Notes under the pieces: generated by a model
What the model was told of the DNA's origin: nothing
Databases searched by the model: none
What the model saw: only the letters and a program-made list of their open reading frames with translations
Made by a program: the position numbers and the translations under genes
In this document: positions 50,917-61,964 of the stretch, one piece after another
How positions within the stretch are numbered: the first letter of the stretch is position 1
Layout of the letters: the number at the start of each line of letters is the position of its first letter
Source: Narcine bancroftii
Taxonomy: Eukaryota
Direction of reading: 5' to 3'
NCBI RefSeq assembly: GCF_036971445.1
Contig: NC_091470.1
Location: 152,892,001-152,956,000 of the forward strand
DNA: 64,000 nt

Positions 50917-51100
50917 AGGTCGGCCGCGCCGCAGGGGGCCCAGCAGCGGGTCGGCCGCGCCGCAGGGGGCCCAGCAGCGGGTCGGCCGCGCCGCAGGGGG
51001 CCCAGCAGCGGGTCGGCCGCGCCGCAGGGGGCCCAGCAGCGGGTCGGCCGCGCCGCAGGGGGCCCAGCAGCGGGTCGGCCGCGCCGCAGGGGGCCCAGCA
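50917..51100. repeat. GC-rich minisatellite, 31-bp unit x ~6
   Basis: gggtcggccgcgccgcagggggcccagcagc repeated. Confidence 0.95.
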
Positions 51101-51544
51101 GGAAAGAAGAAGGTAAAATAAAAGGACAAAGTTTAGATAAAGCCTTTTTCGAAGAACAAATGAGGTCATTAAAAGAATGGCTATCATTTGAAATTAGTTC
51201 AATCAAAAGAAAAATGAAAAGAGCTGAAGACAGAATGCAAAGCTTAGAGTTGGTCATAAGTGAAATAAGGAAAAGAGTAGAAAATGAGGAGGAACGAGAA
51301 GCTGCTGTAGAAATGGAGATAAATTATTTAAGAGGGAATTTGGAAGAGAGCGAAAAAAAAATTAAAGAGACACAAGATTGATTGTCACAAAAAATTGACG
51401 TATTGGAAAACTACAGAAGGCGAAACAACATAAATATAATGAGCCTGAAAGAAGGCAAAGAAGGGTCAGATATGAAGGAATTTATAAAAGGATGGATCCT
51501 GAAGGTGCTGGGAAAGACAGACACACATGAAGAAATAGAAATAG

Positions 51545-53967
51545 GGAGGAGGAGTCACGTGATGGAGTAGTGGCCGGACGGTGAACTCCAGCCCTCTCCA
51601 GAAAAGTCGGGAAAAACAAGAGAAAACACAAAGGCACAGAAATAAAAGTTACAGAAAAGTGAGTATAAAGGTGGAAAGAAGATGGCGACAAAAAAAGAAA
51701 AGTCGAAAGCAACGGTAAGAAGAGAGGAAGAGAAGACAAAGGAGGAAAAAGGTGAAGGCCTTACCTGTCCGAAGAGGCCCGATGCGGAGAGAGAAACCCG
51801 CTCCCTCAGGTCGGTAAATAATGGACTACAAAAATGGCTCGCAGAGCCAAACAAAAGTGCGCAACCGCGCATGCGCGAAGTTTCGCGCATGCGCGATGCG
51901 AATGAAAAAAAACACACCGACGGGAGGGGGGACCAGCTGGGGAGTCGATCTCCACAGCCGGCAACGACAGCTGCAGAACACCTGCAGCAAGAAGAGACCA
52001 CAGAAGACAATAGAAACAAGATAGAAGAGGAGGAAAGGGCAACAAAGAAACAACAGATGGAAGAGGAAGAGTATGGTGAAATAGAAGAAGAAAAGAGAGG
52101 CAAGGTAAAGGATATACTTGCTCTTATTAGAGGATACATGGAATCATTTAAAGAATGGCAAACACAGGAATTTAAGGATTTAAGAAAAAGAATAAACAAC
52201 ACAGAGGAGAAAATAATTAAAATGGAGATGACCTTAACAGAAATGGGAAAAAAAATGGACAAGATGGAAGAGCGGGCAGTAGCAGCAGAAATGGAGGTAG
52301 AAGACTTAAAAAAGAAATTGGAGAAATCTAATAAAAAAACTAAAGAGACACAAGAACTACTAGCTCAAAAAATAGATACAATGGAAAACCATAACAGAAG
52401 AAATAACATAAAGATAGTGGGCCTTAAGGAAGATGAAGAAGGCAAGAATATGAGGGAGTTTATAAAAGAGTGGATCCCTAAGACCCTAGGATGTCCAGAA
52501 CTACAGCATGAAATGGAAATAGAAAGGGCACATAGAGTATTGGCCTCTAAACCACAACCACAACAAAAACCAAGATCTATTGTAGTAAAATTCCTAAGAT
52601 ATACTACAAGAGAAAAGGTACTGGAGAAGACAATGGAAAAAGTAAGAGAGGGCAACAAACCACTGGAGTATAAAGGGCAAAAAATCTTCATTTATCCAGA
52701 TATAAGTTTTGAACTCCTAAAGAAGAGAAAAGAGTTCAATACAGCAAAGGCGATTTTATGGAAGAAAGGGTATAAATTTATACTAAAGCATCCAGCGGTA
52801 TTGAAAATATTTATTCCAGGACAGCAAAACAGACTATTCTCGGATCCAGAAGAAGCACGAAAATTTGCAGAACAATTACAAAAATAGACTGAGGGAGGAA
52901 GACGGGTAATGAGAGTTAAAATGATCACGACTGATATGTATGTGGGTAAAGACAAAAATAGACTGAGGGATGAAGACGGGTAATGAGAGTAAAAATGATC
53001 ACGATTGATATGTATGCAGGTAAAGAGGTATAAGAGTGAATAGAGACAATGAGCATACATGAATGTATCTGTACTTAGAGGAAAATATAGATAGTATAGA
53101 CAAGAATTAATAAGGGAAGGTAATGGAATAGAGAGAATAAGGAGGGAATTAAAAGAGGGACCTTTGTGACATATGAAAAGTGAAATCTTTTCTGGGGGAG
53201 GCGGGGTGGGGGGAAATAGCGGTCACTGCACAATCAGCTGACGCTTGCGAGTGGATTCGCAAATCCAAATGGAGAGGGGAGATGTGGTTGTCCGACAAGG
53301 GATAAAGGACAACTCAGGAGGTGAAGGGGAGATTGGGGATAAATAAGATAGAAATAGGAGAATAAGGAAAATGTTAGATGTTGTAGGAATGTTGTCTTAT
53401 AAAGAGTTGAAAATAAGAAAACAGAAATGGAAAAGGAGGAAAGGTAATGATGGAAAAACGGAAAGAGAAGATAAACAAAATATAAAAGGGCTACGCTGAA
53501 CTATATGTCTTTAAATATTAATGGAATACATAACCAAATTAAAAGGAAGAAACTACCAAATTTAAATGAATAAATGTATTCCATTAGAAAAAAATAACAT
53601 ATTGGTTAAGAAATAATATTGAAATATTCGAACAAGTATAGGAGCCTTACATTAAATACAATAGCGAAAACCTACCGGGGACAAACATTACCTAAGTTGA
53701 TGGAAGGAGAAGGAAAGAAAAGAATGGACTCAGTAGAATTTCTGGTGTAATTTTGTTGAATGACAACATTGCCTGACTGGATTAATGCAACCTAGATTGT
53801 ATACCTAAAATGGATGAGAGGGGGGGGTGGGGGGGTGGTTTGGGAGGAAAGGGGGGGGGGAGAAAAAGTCACTGTATATGTGTGAAAAGAAATAGTGTAT
53901 ATCATGGCTAATGTGATTTATGGTGTGAAAAATAAAAAAAATTATTAAAAAAAAAAAAAAAAAAAAA
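51545..53967 (+). mobile_element. Young full-length ORF1-only (half-L1/HAL1-like) retroelement, ~2.4 kb
   Basis: 12-bp TSD aaatagaaatag (51533-51544, 53968-53979); 5' UTR, intact ORF1, spacer, ORF2 N-stub + C-stub, G-rich 3' UTR, AATAAA at 53931, pure poly(A). Confidence 0.92.
51682..52887 (+). CDS. L1-type ORF1p (coiled coil, RRM, CTD; Transposase_22-like), 401 aa, intact
   Basis: ENHNRRNNIKIVGLKE, EIERAHR, PRSIVVKFLRY, IFIYPDIS...KRKEFN, HPAVLKI: canonical vertebrate L1 ORF1p motifs. Confidence 0.92.
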   Translation: MATKKEKSKATVRREEEKTKEEKGEGLTCPKRPDAERETRSLRSVNNGLQKWLAEPNKSAQPRMREVSRMRDANEKKHTDGRGDQLGSRSPQPATTAAEHLQQEETTEDNRNKIEEEERATKKQQMEEEEYGEIEEEKRGKVKDILALIRGYMESFKEWQTQEFKDLRKRINNTEEKIIKMEMTLTEMGKKMDKMEERAVAAEMEVEDLKKKLEKSNKKTKETQELLAQKIDTMENHNRRNNIKIVGLKEDEEGKNMREFIKEWIPKTLGCPELQHEMEIERAHRVLASKPQPQQKPRSIVVKFLRYTTREKVLEKTMEKVREGNKPLEYKGQKIFIYPDISFELLKKRKEFNTAKAILWKKGYKFILKHPAVLKIFIPGQQNRLFSDPEEARKFAEQLQK

Positions 53968-55159
53968 AAATAGAAATAGAAAGGGCACGTAGAGCGCTAG
54001 TACCAAAACCGCCACCAAATCAAAAACCAAGATCCATATTGGTAAAATTTCTAAGATATACGACAATAGAAAACATACTGGAGCAGGCAAGAAAGAAGAT
54101 TAGAGAAGACAACAATCCATTGGAATACAAGGGACAAAAATTATTTTTTTACCCAGACATAAACTTCGAGCTTTTAAAGAAGAGGAAGGAATTCAACACG
54201 GTGAAAACAATCTTATGGAAGAAAGGGTATAACTTTATATTAAGACATCCAGCAGTACTCAAAATATTCATTCTTGAGGAATGGAATAGACTGTTCTCGG
54301 ACCCAAAGAAAGCCCAAGAATTTGCCGAACATTTGCAGGACAGGAGAAGAGAGGAGGAGGAGTGACAAGAAGGAAGACCGGCAAGAAAATATACAAAAAT
54401 ATAAAGATAATGTATATATAAAGATTTAAAGATGGATAAGAGAAGGGGAAGAAGGGAAAAAAGAGATAAAGCTTTGTTACAAGTATAGGAAAATAGTGTT
54501 CTCTGGGGGTGAGAATAATGGTCACTGCGAAATCGGTTGATGCTTGCGAGTAAGTTTGCAAACTGAATGGAAAGGGGAGTTGTGATTGCCGTCAATGGAC
54601 AGGAGGCAATCCAGGAGAGGAGGTTCATTTGGGGTTAAAGGGTTATTGCTTGTTGCTTAAAAAACAGTAATGGAAAAAAAGGGGATGGAGGAGGTGAAGA
54701 GGCAGAAAAGAAATGAAAATAAAGATATAAGATGGCCACGTTGGACCATATAACTATAAACATTAATGGAATATATAACCAAGTTTAAGCGTATCCCATT
54801 GGAGAAAAAAAAAATCACATATAATTTAAAACACAAAGTTACAATGTTTGAAAAAAACCTGGGAACCATATATGGAACATAACAGAAAGAGCAGGCCTCG
54901 GACCACCACCACCTAAAATGATAAGAAGATAAATGCGATCGGATTTAATTTGAATAAGTAAATGATACGTCTTTTTTGTTTGTATTCCTTTTGTATAAAG
55001 ATATTGTTTTATTGTATTTTATATGTCCCATATTTACTGTTTTTGGAGGGGGGTGAAAATGAGAAAATGTCACTGAATATTTAAAGATCATAAATAAAGA
55101 ATTACAACAAAAAATAAAATGTACATTTAAGGAAGCAAAAGTTTTGAACCTGCCTTGGA

Positions 55160-55450
55160 GTTGAATCTTGTGCATTGCACAAAAGTGCTGAATAAACTTA
55201 GCAGATCGTGCAGCATCTCTAAGAAGAAAATGCATCCAACGTTTTGGGCCTTAGCCCTTCATCAAGACATGAACAAAAAGAAGGCTGAAGAGTAGGCCCA
55301 AATAAAAAAGGTGGGGGGGGGGAAGGAGGAGGGAGGAAGGGGCAGGAGTACAGGCTAACAAGGAAGAAGTCATCGGTGAATATCAGTGGGAAGGTTGAAG
55401 AGAAAAAAAGCTGAGAAGTGATAGCTGGAGGAAAGACAAAGGGATAGGGT
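55160..55450 (-). mobile_element. Penelope-derived short element with decayed hammerhead-like motif
   Basis: Minus strand catgtc-TTGATGA-agggctaaggccc-aaaa-cgtt-ggatg at 55233-55271 plus purine/pyrimidine tract. Confidence 0.55.
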
Positions 55451-56065
55451 GACTTGATTCTTGTCTGTTTTTCCTCCCAAATCACATGCAGCGGACCATA
55501 CCTGCTTCTTCTTTGAGTAGTGTGTGGAATAGTTTTAGAGTATCAGCCAGTTAGCTCATCGGGGGGAGGGGGTTGGTGGACAGATGGATAGATAGGGGAG
55601 AGAGGGGGTTAGTGGACAGGGGAAACTTGGGAGCATGAATGAGTGAGCAATTTCTATGTTCACTAGTGAATCTTTTGTTTTGAAAGGAAAACAACCAAAT
55701 TCAGTCACAAGCTAGTCATTTGAACAAGCCAATTTTTGAATACCAGCAATGATTTTAACATGTTAATAAGTAAAGAAGAAAAATGCCTTTCTATCCATTT
55801 AAATCACTAAGTCTTCAACTTTGCACAACCAATTTTGTGCCAGGAGTGCTCTAGACCTGTTTTCCAGGTAAATGGAGACATTGATTTTTACAGGAATTGT
55901 ACAGTATTTTATTTTCCAGTGTATTACAGTTGATAGTTAAAAATCAAACTATTGGCTCATTTATAGATTTCAATATTTGATTCTCCAAGCTCCCAATATT
56001 TTATGTTACAGAAATTAAATGCTTTCCTAATTTCATAATTGTTAGCTACTATACACATACTGTAC

Positions 56066-56220
56066 CTGTGCTTGGATTTTATGTGCATCTGTAGGCCATG
56101 GCGGGTAGAAGCTCTGTGACCACACTCCTCACACACAAACATCTTCTCTCCCTGGTGTTTGGACAATTCATGGTGATGCAAGTCGTTGCGGGAGAGGAAA
56201 CATTTGGAACAAGCAGAGCA
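56066..56220 (-). CDS. ZBTB48: ZBTB48 exon (C2H2 fingers)
   Basis: tttatag|TGC...CAC AG|gtacag; [51 protein letters not shown](R); 155 nt. Confidence 0.94.
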
Positions 56221-57489
56221 CTATAAATCAAGATGCACTGGACATTAGTTATTTACCATCTTGTAATTGCATTACCAAAGAGGAAGTGAATCACATTGGG
56301 TTACTGTCTTATAGATACCAAATGCAAGACAGAGCATAAGAAACTGACAGGTATCAATGCATGCTGAGTCAAAGCAAGCAGCTATCCAACGGCTGAGGAC
56401 AAAGGCATATTCTGCATAAAATCAAAAACCAAGCAACCAAAATCCTTTTCAACTAGCCCAATTATGTGCCCAGTTGTGTAACTTTTTAAACCAAAGATCA
56501 CTTGATCAGAATCAGGCACCCAGGGTTCGAGCATTAAAACCAATTTTAACCTCTCACATTCTTCTTGGCTGCTACTTGCTAAATCAACATGAACCAAATA
56601 TTGAATCTGGCAGGAGATGCAAATACAAACTGAACCATTGATAATCTCTGCTAATCCTTTAAAATATTATAGACCTCTTCTCCTTGGGGACCCATCTCAT
56701 TTCATCATTTAAAACCAGAGAGCCTGTAGCTGCAGAAAGAAGTTGCTCCAGCACGCTCTGTAGCAACCAAAACTTTTTCATTAACACCTCCCAAATTCAA
56801 TACATACCAATGTTTAAAGAATGCAAGGGCAAATGAATCGGAAGCCGCATGAGCTCCATATTTCTCTGTAAGTTACAAATAACCCTAATTGGAATTGGTC
56901 CTTTGTGGTTTACCCAACACCAGTATGGAAGCACCTTCACCAAGCAAAGGTTTAAGGCGGCTCCTCATCAACCCTTCAAAAACAATTGGGTGAGGAATAA
57001 ATGATGATTTCCCAGCCATACCCATTTCTCCAGAATTTTTTATTTTTTTTAAAAAGGACCCTGATTAAAAAAAGATAATTGCCTTCACCCACTGCCTTCC
57101 TCCAACAGTTCTACCTGTGTAAAATACAAAATCTGAAGTAATAAATTTAAAAAATAAGTCTTGGAACAGTCTTTCTTGACACCAGTCCACATTATTAGGT
57201 CTTTTATGAATCCATCAGTCACAATGTCAACTTGCATGCCATCATGTAGCATGTAAAAATGGGGATGACTGAGAAGGAATCTCCATAGCCTCTCGATTGA
57301 TAGTCAAAGGCTTTTACAAAGTTTAAAAAAAAATGCAATATATACTAGCTGATGTTACTCTCTCTGTTTTCCTTCGAGTTATCACATCAAAGATGCTGTT
57401 CCACAACATGGACAGCAATTCAGAGAGCTAATAGCACGTGATGGTTGAATATGACCTTGTGATTACTTTCATGGAGGTAGACAGCAGGA

Positions 57490-57800
57490 ACATCATTGAC
57501 TTTTCTGGTTTCTGCTAACCTGCTCTCCCCCCACCTCCCCCTCTCTATTCACCCAGCCATTCCGCCTCCCCTTCCTTGCTTCTGTACTCTCCCTCCCTTC
57601 TCCACCTATTACCTCTTTCCTATGCGACCACGCCTCCCCCTACTCTTTTATTTGGACACCTGCCAACATTTTCCCATACCTTGATAAAGGGCTCAAGCCC
57701 GAAAAGCTGGTTCTGTACTTTCACCTTTGCTATATAAAGGACACTGTTTGAGCTGCTGAGTTTCTTCAGCATTGTTTTTACTTCAACCACGGTGCTTTAC
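57490..57800 (+). mobile_element. Penelope 3' remnant with hammerhead-like motif (~57675-57715)
   Basis: cattgacttttctggtttctgctaa, pyrimidine tract, catacc-TTGATAA-agggctcaagccc-GAAA-agct-ggt, tail gagctgctgagtttc. Confidence 0.55.
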
Positions 57801-59159
57801 TTTTGACAGCAGGAATATCCTTCAGTAGTCACCGCAATTAGGTTTGCCTCCTTTTTGATCACAAGGATAATATCATCAAGATCCAACTGGGACGTCCACC
57901 CCTTGTCCTTTCTGGGAGAAGAGACCGACTTTGTCTGAGGCTGCTCTCAATTTTGGAATTTAAGAAGGATACCATTTTCTCTGGAGTCCTTGTTTTTTCT
58001 GATAACATCGTGCTCTCTTCAACTTCTTGTTGGTCTGGGATGGTGGAGATTCTGAACAGGATAATATGCCTTGGCCTCCTTCCAACAGGAGACAATTACC
58101 TCACTGGCCTCAATAAACTCTACTCCTTTCTTGAATCTCTGCAAATCATTCCATTTCAGTTATTGAGCTGTTGCACTCAGATGATGTGCACTTCACAGTC
58201 ATGTTCCAAGCCATTATTGACTCATTCAACAAAACAAAAGGCAAAGTGGGCCTTAAATATCTATCTATTGGCTTTCACCACCCAACATCTATCCAAACAA
58301 TAAAGATCCATGCCAAGACAATGGAAACTGTGAATGACTTTCTTTTCTCAGAAGCCATTTCTCAGCAAATGCAAATATTAATTACGGAATTTAACATTGC
58401 CAACAAATAGTTTGAAAGCCTTAGCTAACCAAAGGTGAAGATCCCAAACCCAGCCCTCAGCTCCTGGTCTATTAGGTGGCAGTGAGCCTGACTTCCCCTA
58501 AAATTTGGACCATTTGCAGAAGGCTCCTGAAGGATATCACAAACACCACTTCTAGAAAAAGCCTCCAAATCCACTGGCGTTAACTATGTCCTCGTCAGCC
58601 TGCTCCAATGGGAAGGAAGAAGGGTGAGAGGGGAAGGACGACTTCATTCATGTGCCTAACACCATAATTCCAAGACAAGAACTCTATTTTGAATTTTATC
58701 ACAGGTGGACCTTGGCAAAAGAATAAAGCAAACAATTCTGAAATGTTCTCAAATGTTCCTTGAATTTAAAAATCTACATCAATTTGTGGCAGTCTCTAGT
58801 CTATGACCGCTCACAATAGGTGTAGTTGGTAGAGCTACTTATTGCCCGACAGGTTCAATCCTGAGCTGTGGAGTTTTCCTGTTATCCACATGGCAGTACA
58901 ACTTTCCCTGAGGGCTCAGGTTTTCTTCCACATCCTACAGTTGTCTAGGTTGGTTGGCTAATTGGCCATTGTAAACTGTGCCTCCATGTGGGTGAGTAAT
59001 AATGTCTCGGCAAAGATGAAGGGAATGTTGGAATAGTAAAATGGGATAGCATAACGGATGCTGGATAGTCAACCTGGTGGGCTGTAGGACTCCACAGAGA
59101 AGGATGGCACTGAGAATTTGGGAAGGCATCAAAAGCACCAAAAATAGTAGAAGCCTCAT

Positions 59160-59760
59160 AAGCGGCATTCATCCAGTGATCATTAAGGGGTCAGAGGTAG
59201 AGTAAATGTAAATTCTTGGAGGATCTTTCTTGGACACAACGCACCAATGGCATCATGAAGAAAGCATGTCAAAAAATAACGTTCATGTTTATGGTTAATT
59301 GTTGAATATGTCATATATTATTTGTTTTTTGAACGAATAAATAAAGTTTTTTAAAAAAATGAAGAAAGCATGTCAACACCTCTACTTCCTCAGAAGTTTG
59401 TGGAGGTTTGGTATTACATTGAAAACCATGGCAAATTTCTAGAGTTGTGGTGGGAAGTGGTTGACCAGCTGCATCACGATCTGGTATGGGGACACCGATA
59501 CCCCTGAGTGTGAAGCCCTCCCAAAGGTAGCGGACACAACCCAGGACATCACAGGTAAAACCTTCCACACAATCGAGAACATCTATAGGGAAAGATGCCA
59601 TCGGAGAATAACAACAATCATCAAGGATCCACACCACCAGTGAACATTCTGTTCCTGCTGTTGGTATCAGGAAAGAGGTCTAGGTGGCACAAGGCTCGCA
59701 CCACCAGGTTCAGGAACAGCTGCTACCCCTCCACCATCAGATTCCTCAACAACCTTATAA
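59160..59760 (+). mobile_element. Rex1/Babar-type LINE 3' fragment
   Basis: KKACQHLYFLRSL, SCITIWYG, IYRERC..IIKDPHH, SGKR...ARTTRFRNSCYPSTIRFLN motifs. Confidence 0.75.
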
Positions 59761-59993
59761 CCAACAAATTTGGACTGGGATATAGTTCTGCCCATTTTGA
59801 TCCTACAGCTTTTACACCTTTCTTACCATCTTATTCATCCATTTTTCATCATCTTACACACTTCCAACCCCTTCATCTCATGATGAAGCAATTTCAAGTT
59901 TGCCTACATGAACATCACCAGAAACCCAAAACGTAGGACTGCCAGATGATACTCTAGTGAGAGAATGTAATACTAAACATGTGTATTTCTCAC

Positions 59994-60080
59994 CGGGAAT
60001 GGTTTTGGTGCTCCGTGGCATTTGATCATATGACTCTGCATATCTTTTTTCTGCATGAACTGCTGAGGACACGATGGGCA
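59994..60080 (-). CDS. ZBTB48: ZBTB48 exon (C2H2 finger)
   Basis: ccctttcag|TGC...TTC CCG|gtgaga; [29 protein letters not shown]; 87 nt. Confidence 0.93.
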
Positions 60081-60273
60081 CTGAAAGGGTTAAAACATAC
60101 AGAAAATCATAATTACAAGGAAGTGTGTAATTTGTAATAAAAACTTTTTTTTTTAATTCCCTCCAAAATCAGGACTGACAGTCAAGGATTAAAACACAAA
60201 AATCTGTAGACACTGTGGTTGAATTAAAAACACACTGCTGGGGAAACTCAGCAGATTAAACAGTGTCCTTTAT

Positions 60274-60455
60274 CTTCTTTCTTTGGCTTGGCTTCGCGGA
60301 TGAAGATTTATGGAGGGGAAATGTCCACGTCAGCTGCAGGCTCGTTTGTGGCTGACAACTCCGATGCGGGACAGGCAGGCACAGTTGCAGCGGTTGCAAG
60401 GGAAAATTGGTTGGTTGGGGTTGGGTGTTGGATTTTTCCTCCTTTGTCTGACAAA
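60274..60455 (-). mobile_element. Short RTE 3' fragment inserted into a Penelope-derived element
   Basis: Same family as 39168-39797; 12-bp TSD agtgtcctttat at 60262-60273 and 60456-60467. Confidence 0.85.
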
Positions 60456-60689
60456 AGTGTCCTTTATATAGCAACGGGCTTGAGCCCTTTATTAAGGTAT
60501 GGAAAAATATCACCAGGTGTCTGAATAAAGTAGGGGGTCAGTGGGGGAAGCATGGTCGCAAAGGCAGGAAATAATAGGTGGAGAAGAGAGGGAGGGGACA
60601 CCAACAAGCAAGGGAGGTGTGATAGCTGAGTGTCTTGGAGAGTGCCTGCAGAATTTTCAGAATCAGAATTCTTTTGATTTTTAGGTGGC

Positions 60690-61570
60690 AGACTGATCGA
60701 TCATAAAAGTCCACATCGAGGGGGTCAGAAGTGGAGAGGGTGAAGAACTTAAAGTTCCTGAGTGTCAACATCTCAAAGGATCTGCCCTGTGGCCTCCATA
60801 TCGTTATAATCATAAAGAAGGTTCAACAGCGGCTACACTTCGTGAGGAGTTTGAGGAGATTCAGTCTGTCACCAAAGACTCAAAAATTTCTATAGGTGTA
60901 CCATGGAGAGCATTCTGTCTGGTTGCATCACTGTCTGGTTGCATCACTGTCTGGTTGCATCACTGTCTGGTTGCATCACTGTCTGGTTGCATCACTGTCT
61001 GGTTGCATCACTGTCTGGTTGCATCACTGTCTGGTTGCATCACTGTCTGGTTGCATCACTGTCTGGTTGCATCACTGTCTGGTTGCATCACTGTCTGGTT
61101 GCATCACTGTCTGGTTGCATCACTGTCTGGTTGCATCACTGTCTGGTTGCATCACTGTCTGGTTGCATCACTGTCTGGTTGCATCACTGTCTGGTTGCAT
61201 CACTGTCTGGTTGCATCACTGTCTGGTTGCATCACTGTCTGGTTGCATCACTGTCTGGTTGCATCACTGTCTGGTTGCATCACTGTCTGGTTGCATCACT
61301 GTCTGGTTGCATCACTGTCTGGTTGCATCACTGTCTGGTATGGATGTGTCAATGTACAGGATAGGAACAGGTGACAGTGGGTTGTAAATTTGGCCAGTAC
61401 CATCATAGGTATTAGTATTCATTCCCTTAAGGTGTCTTAAGAAAGCACCACTCAGGCCATGCCCTCTCCACACTGCTACCATCAGGGAGGAGGTACAGGA
61501 GGAACATGAGCACCCAGCAGCACAAGGACAGCTTCTTCCCTTCTGCCATCACATTTCTGAATGGACAACG
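60690..61570 (+). mobile_element. Rex1/Babar-type LINE 3' fragment containing an expanded minisatellite
   Basis: VERVKNLKFL, KKVQQRLHFVRSLRRF, MESILSGCITVWYG, LLPSGRRYR, KDSFFPSAITFLN. Confidence 0.78.
60915..61339. repeat. Perfect minisatellite, 16-bp unit x 26.5
   Basis: ctgtctggttgcatca repeated without variation. Confidence 0.97.
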
Positions 61571-61964
61571 AACCACAGACATTACCTGGCTTTCTCCTAT
61601 TTTCTTGCACCATTTATTTTTTAATGTAATTAATAGCAATATGCGGCAAAACAACAAATTTTGTGAAATGTTCATGACAAGGGAAAGGAACAAGTGAATT
61701 AAATTTGGTTTAGTAACAGGAAGCAAAGAAAAATTATCAACTTAAATTCTCGGGGCCAGAACACTGTTTTTATTTTGGCTCCAAGGAACTCAGTTGGATG
61801 TTGTTTGCTTTGTGCAGATACCTCAAAGATTTAGAATCAAACTTATTTCCACATGCTCATCACCTAACCCTGCTTTCTACACCTAATTGTAGTTCTAAAC
61901 GCTAAGTCATTGAGATCAGTTAATTCAGTACAAATCAGACAACAGCAAGCATCACCATACATAC

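Larger units (their letters stand above)
50014..55117 (+). mobile_element. Older ORF1-only (half-L1-like) element, ORF1 broken, interrupted by nested young copy
   Basis: 5' end gggaagtcacgtgatggagtag; 16-bp TSD aat(a/g)tacatttaagga at 49998-50013 and 55118-55133; ORF1 pieces 50150-51544 and 53980-54365; ORF2 stub MATLDHITININGIYNQV* at 54732 followed directly by IPLEK..ITYNLK..FEK.WEPY; A-rich tail. Confidence 0.88.

Noticed and set aside
50150-51381. Long repeat-protein ORFs (RSGQL, WPLRS, AAGRS)
   Set aside because: Produced by stop-free GC-rich minisatellites in a broken ORF1.
51555-52262. 235-aa antisense ORF (and 62150-62881) as an ORF0-like gene
   Set aside because: Ser/Phe/Leu-rich shadow of a purine-rich ORF1; shared only because the copies are near-identical.
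57840-58600. Possible ancient minus-strand L1 ORF1 remnant (RPRHIILFR)
   Set aside because: Too decayed to support by eye; needs a profile search.
60896-61387. Cys/His-rich repeat proteins in three frames
   Set aside because: Translation of a 16-bp tandem array.
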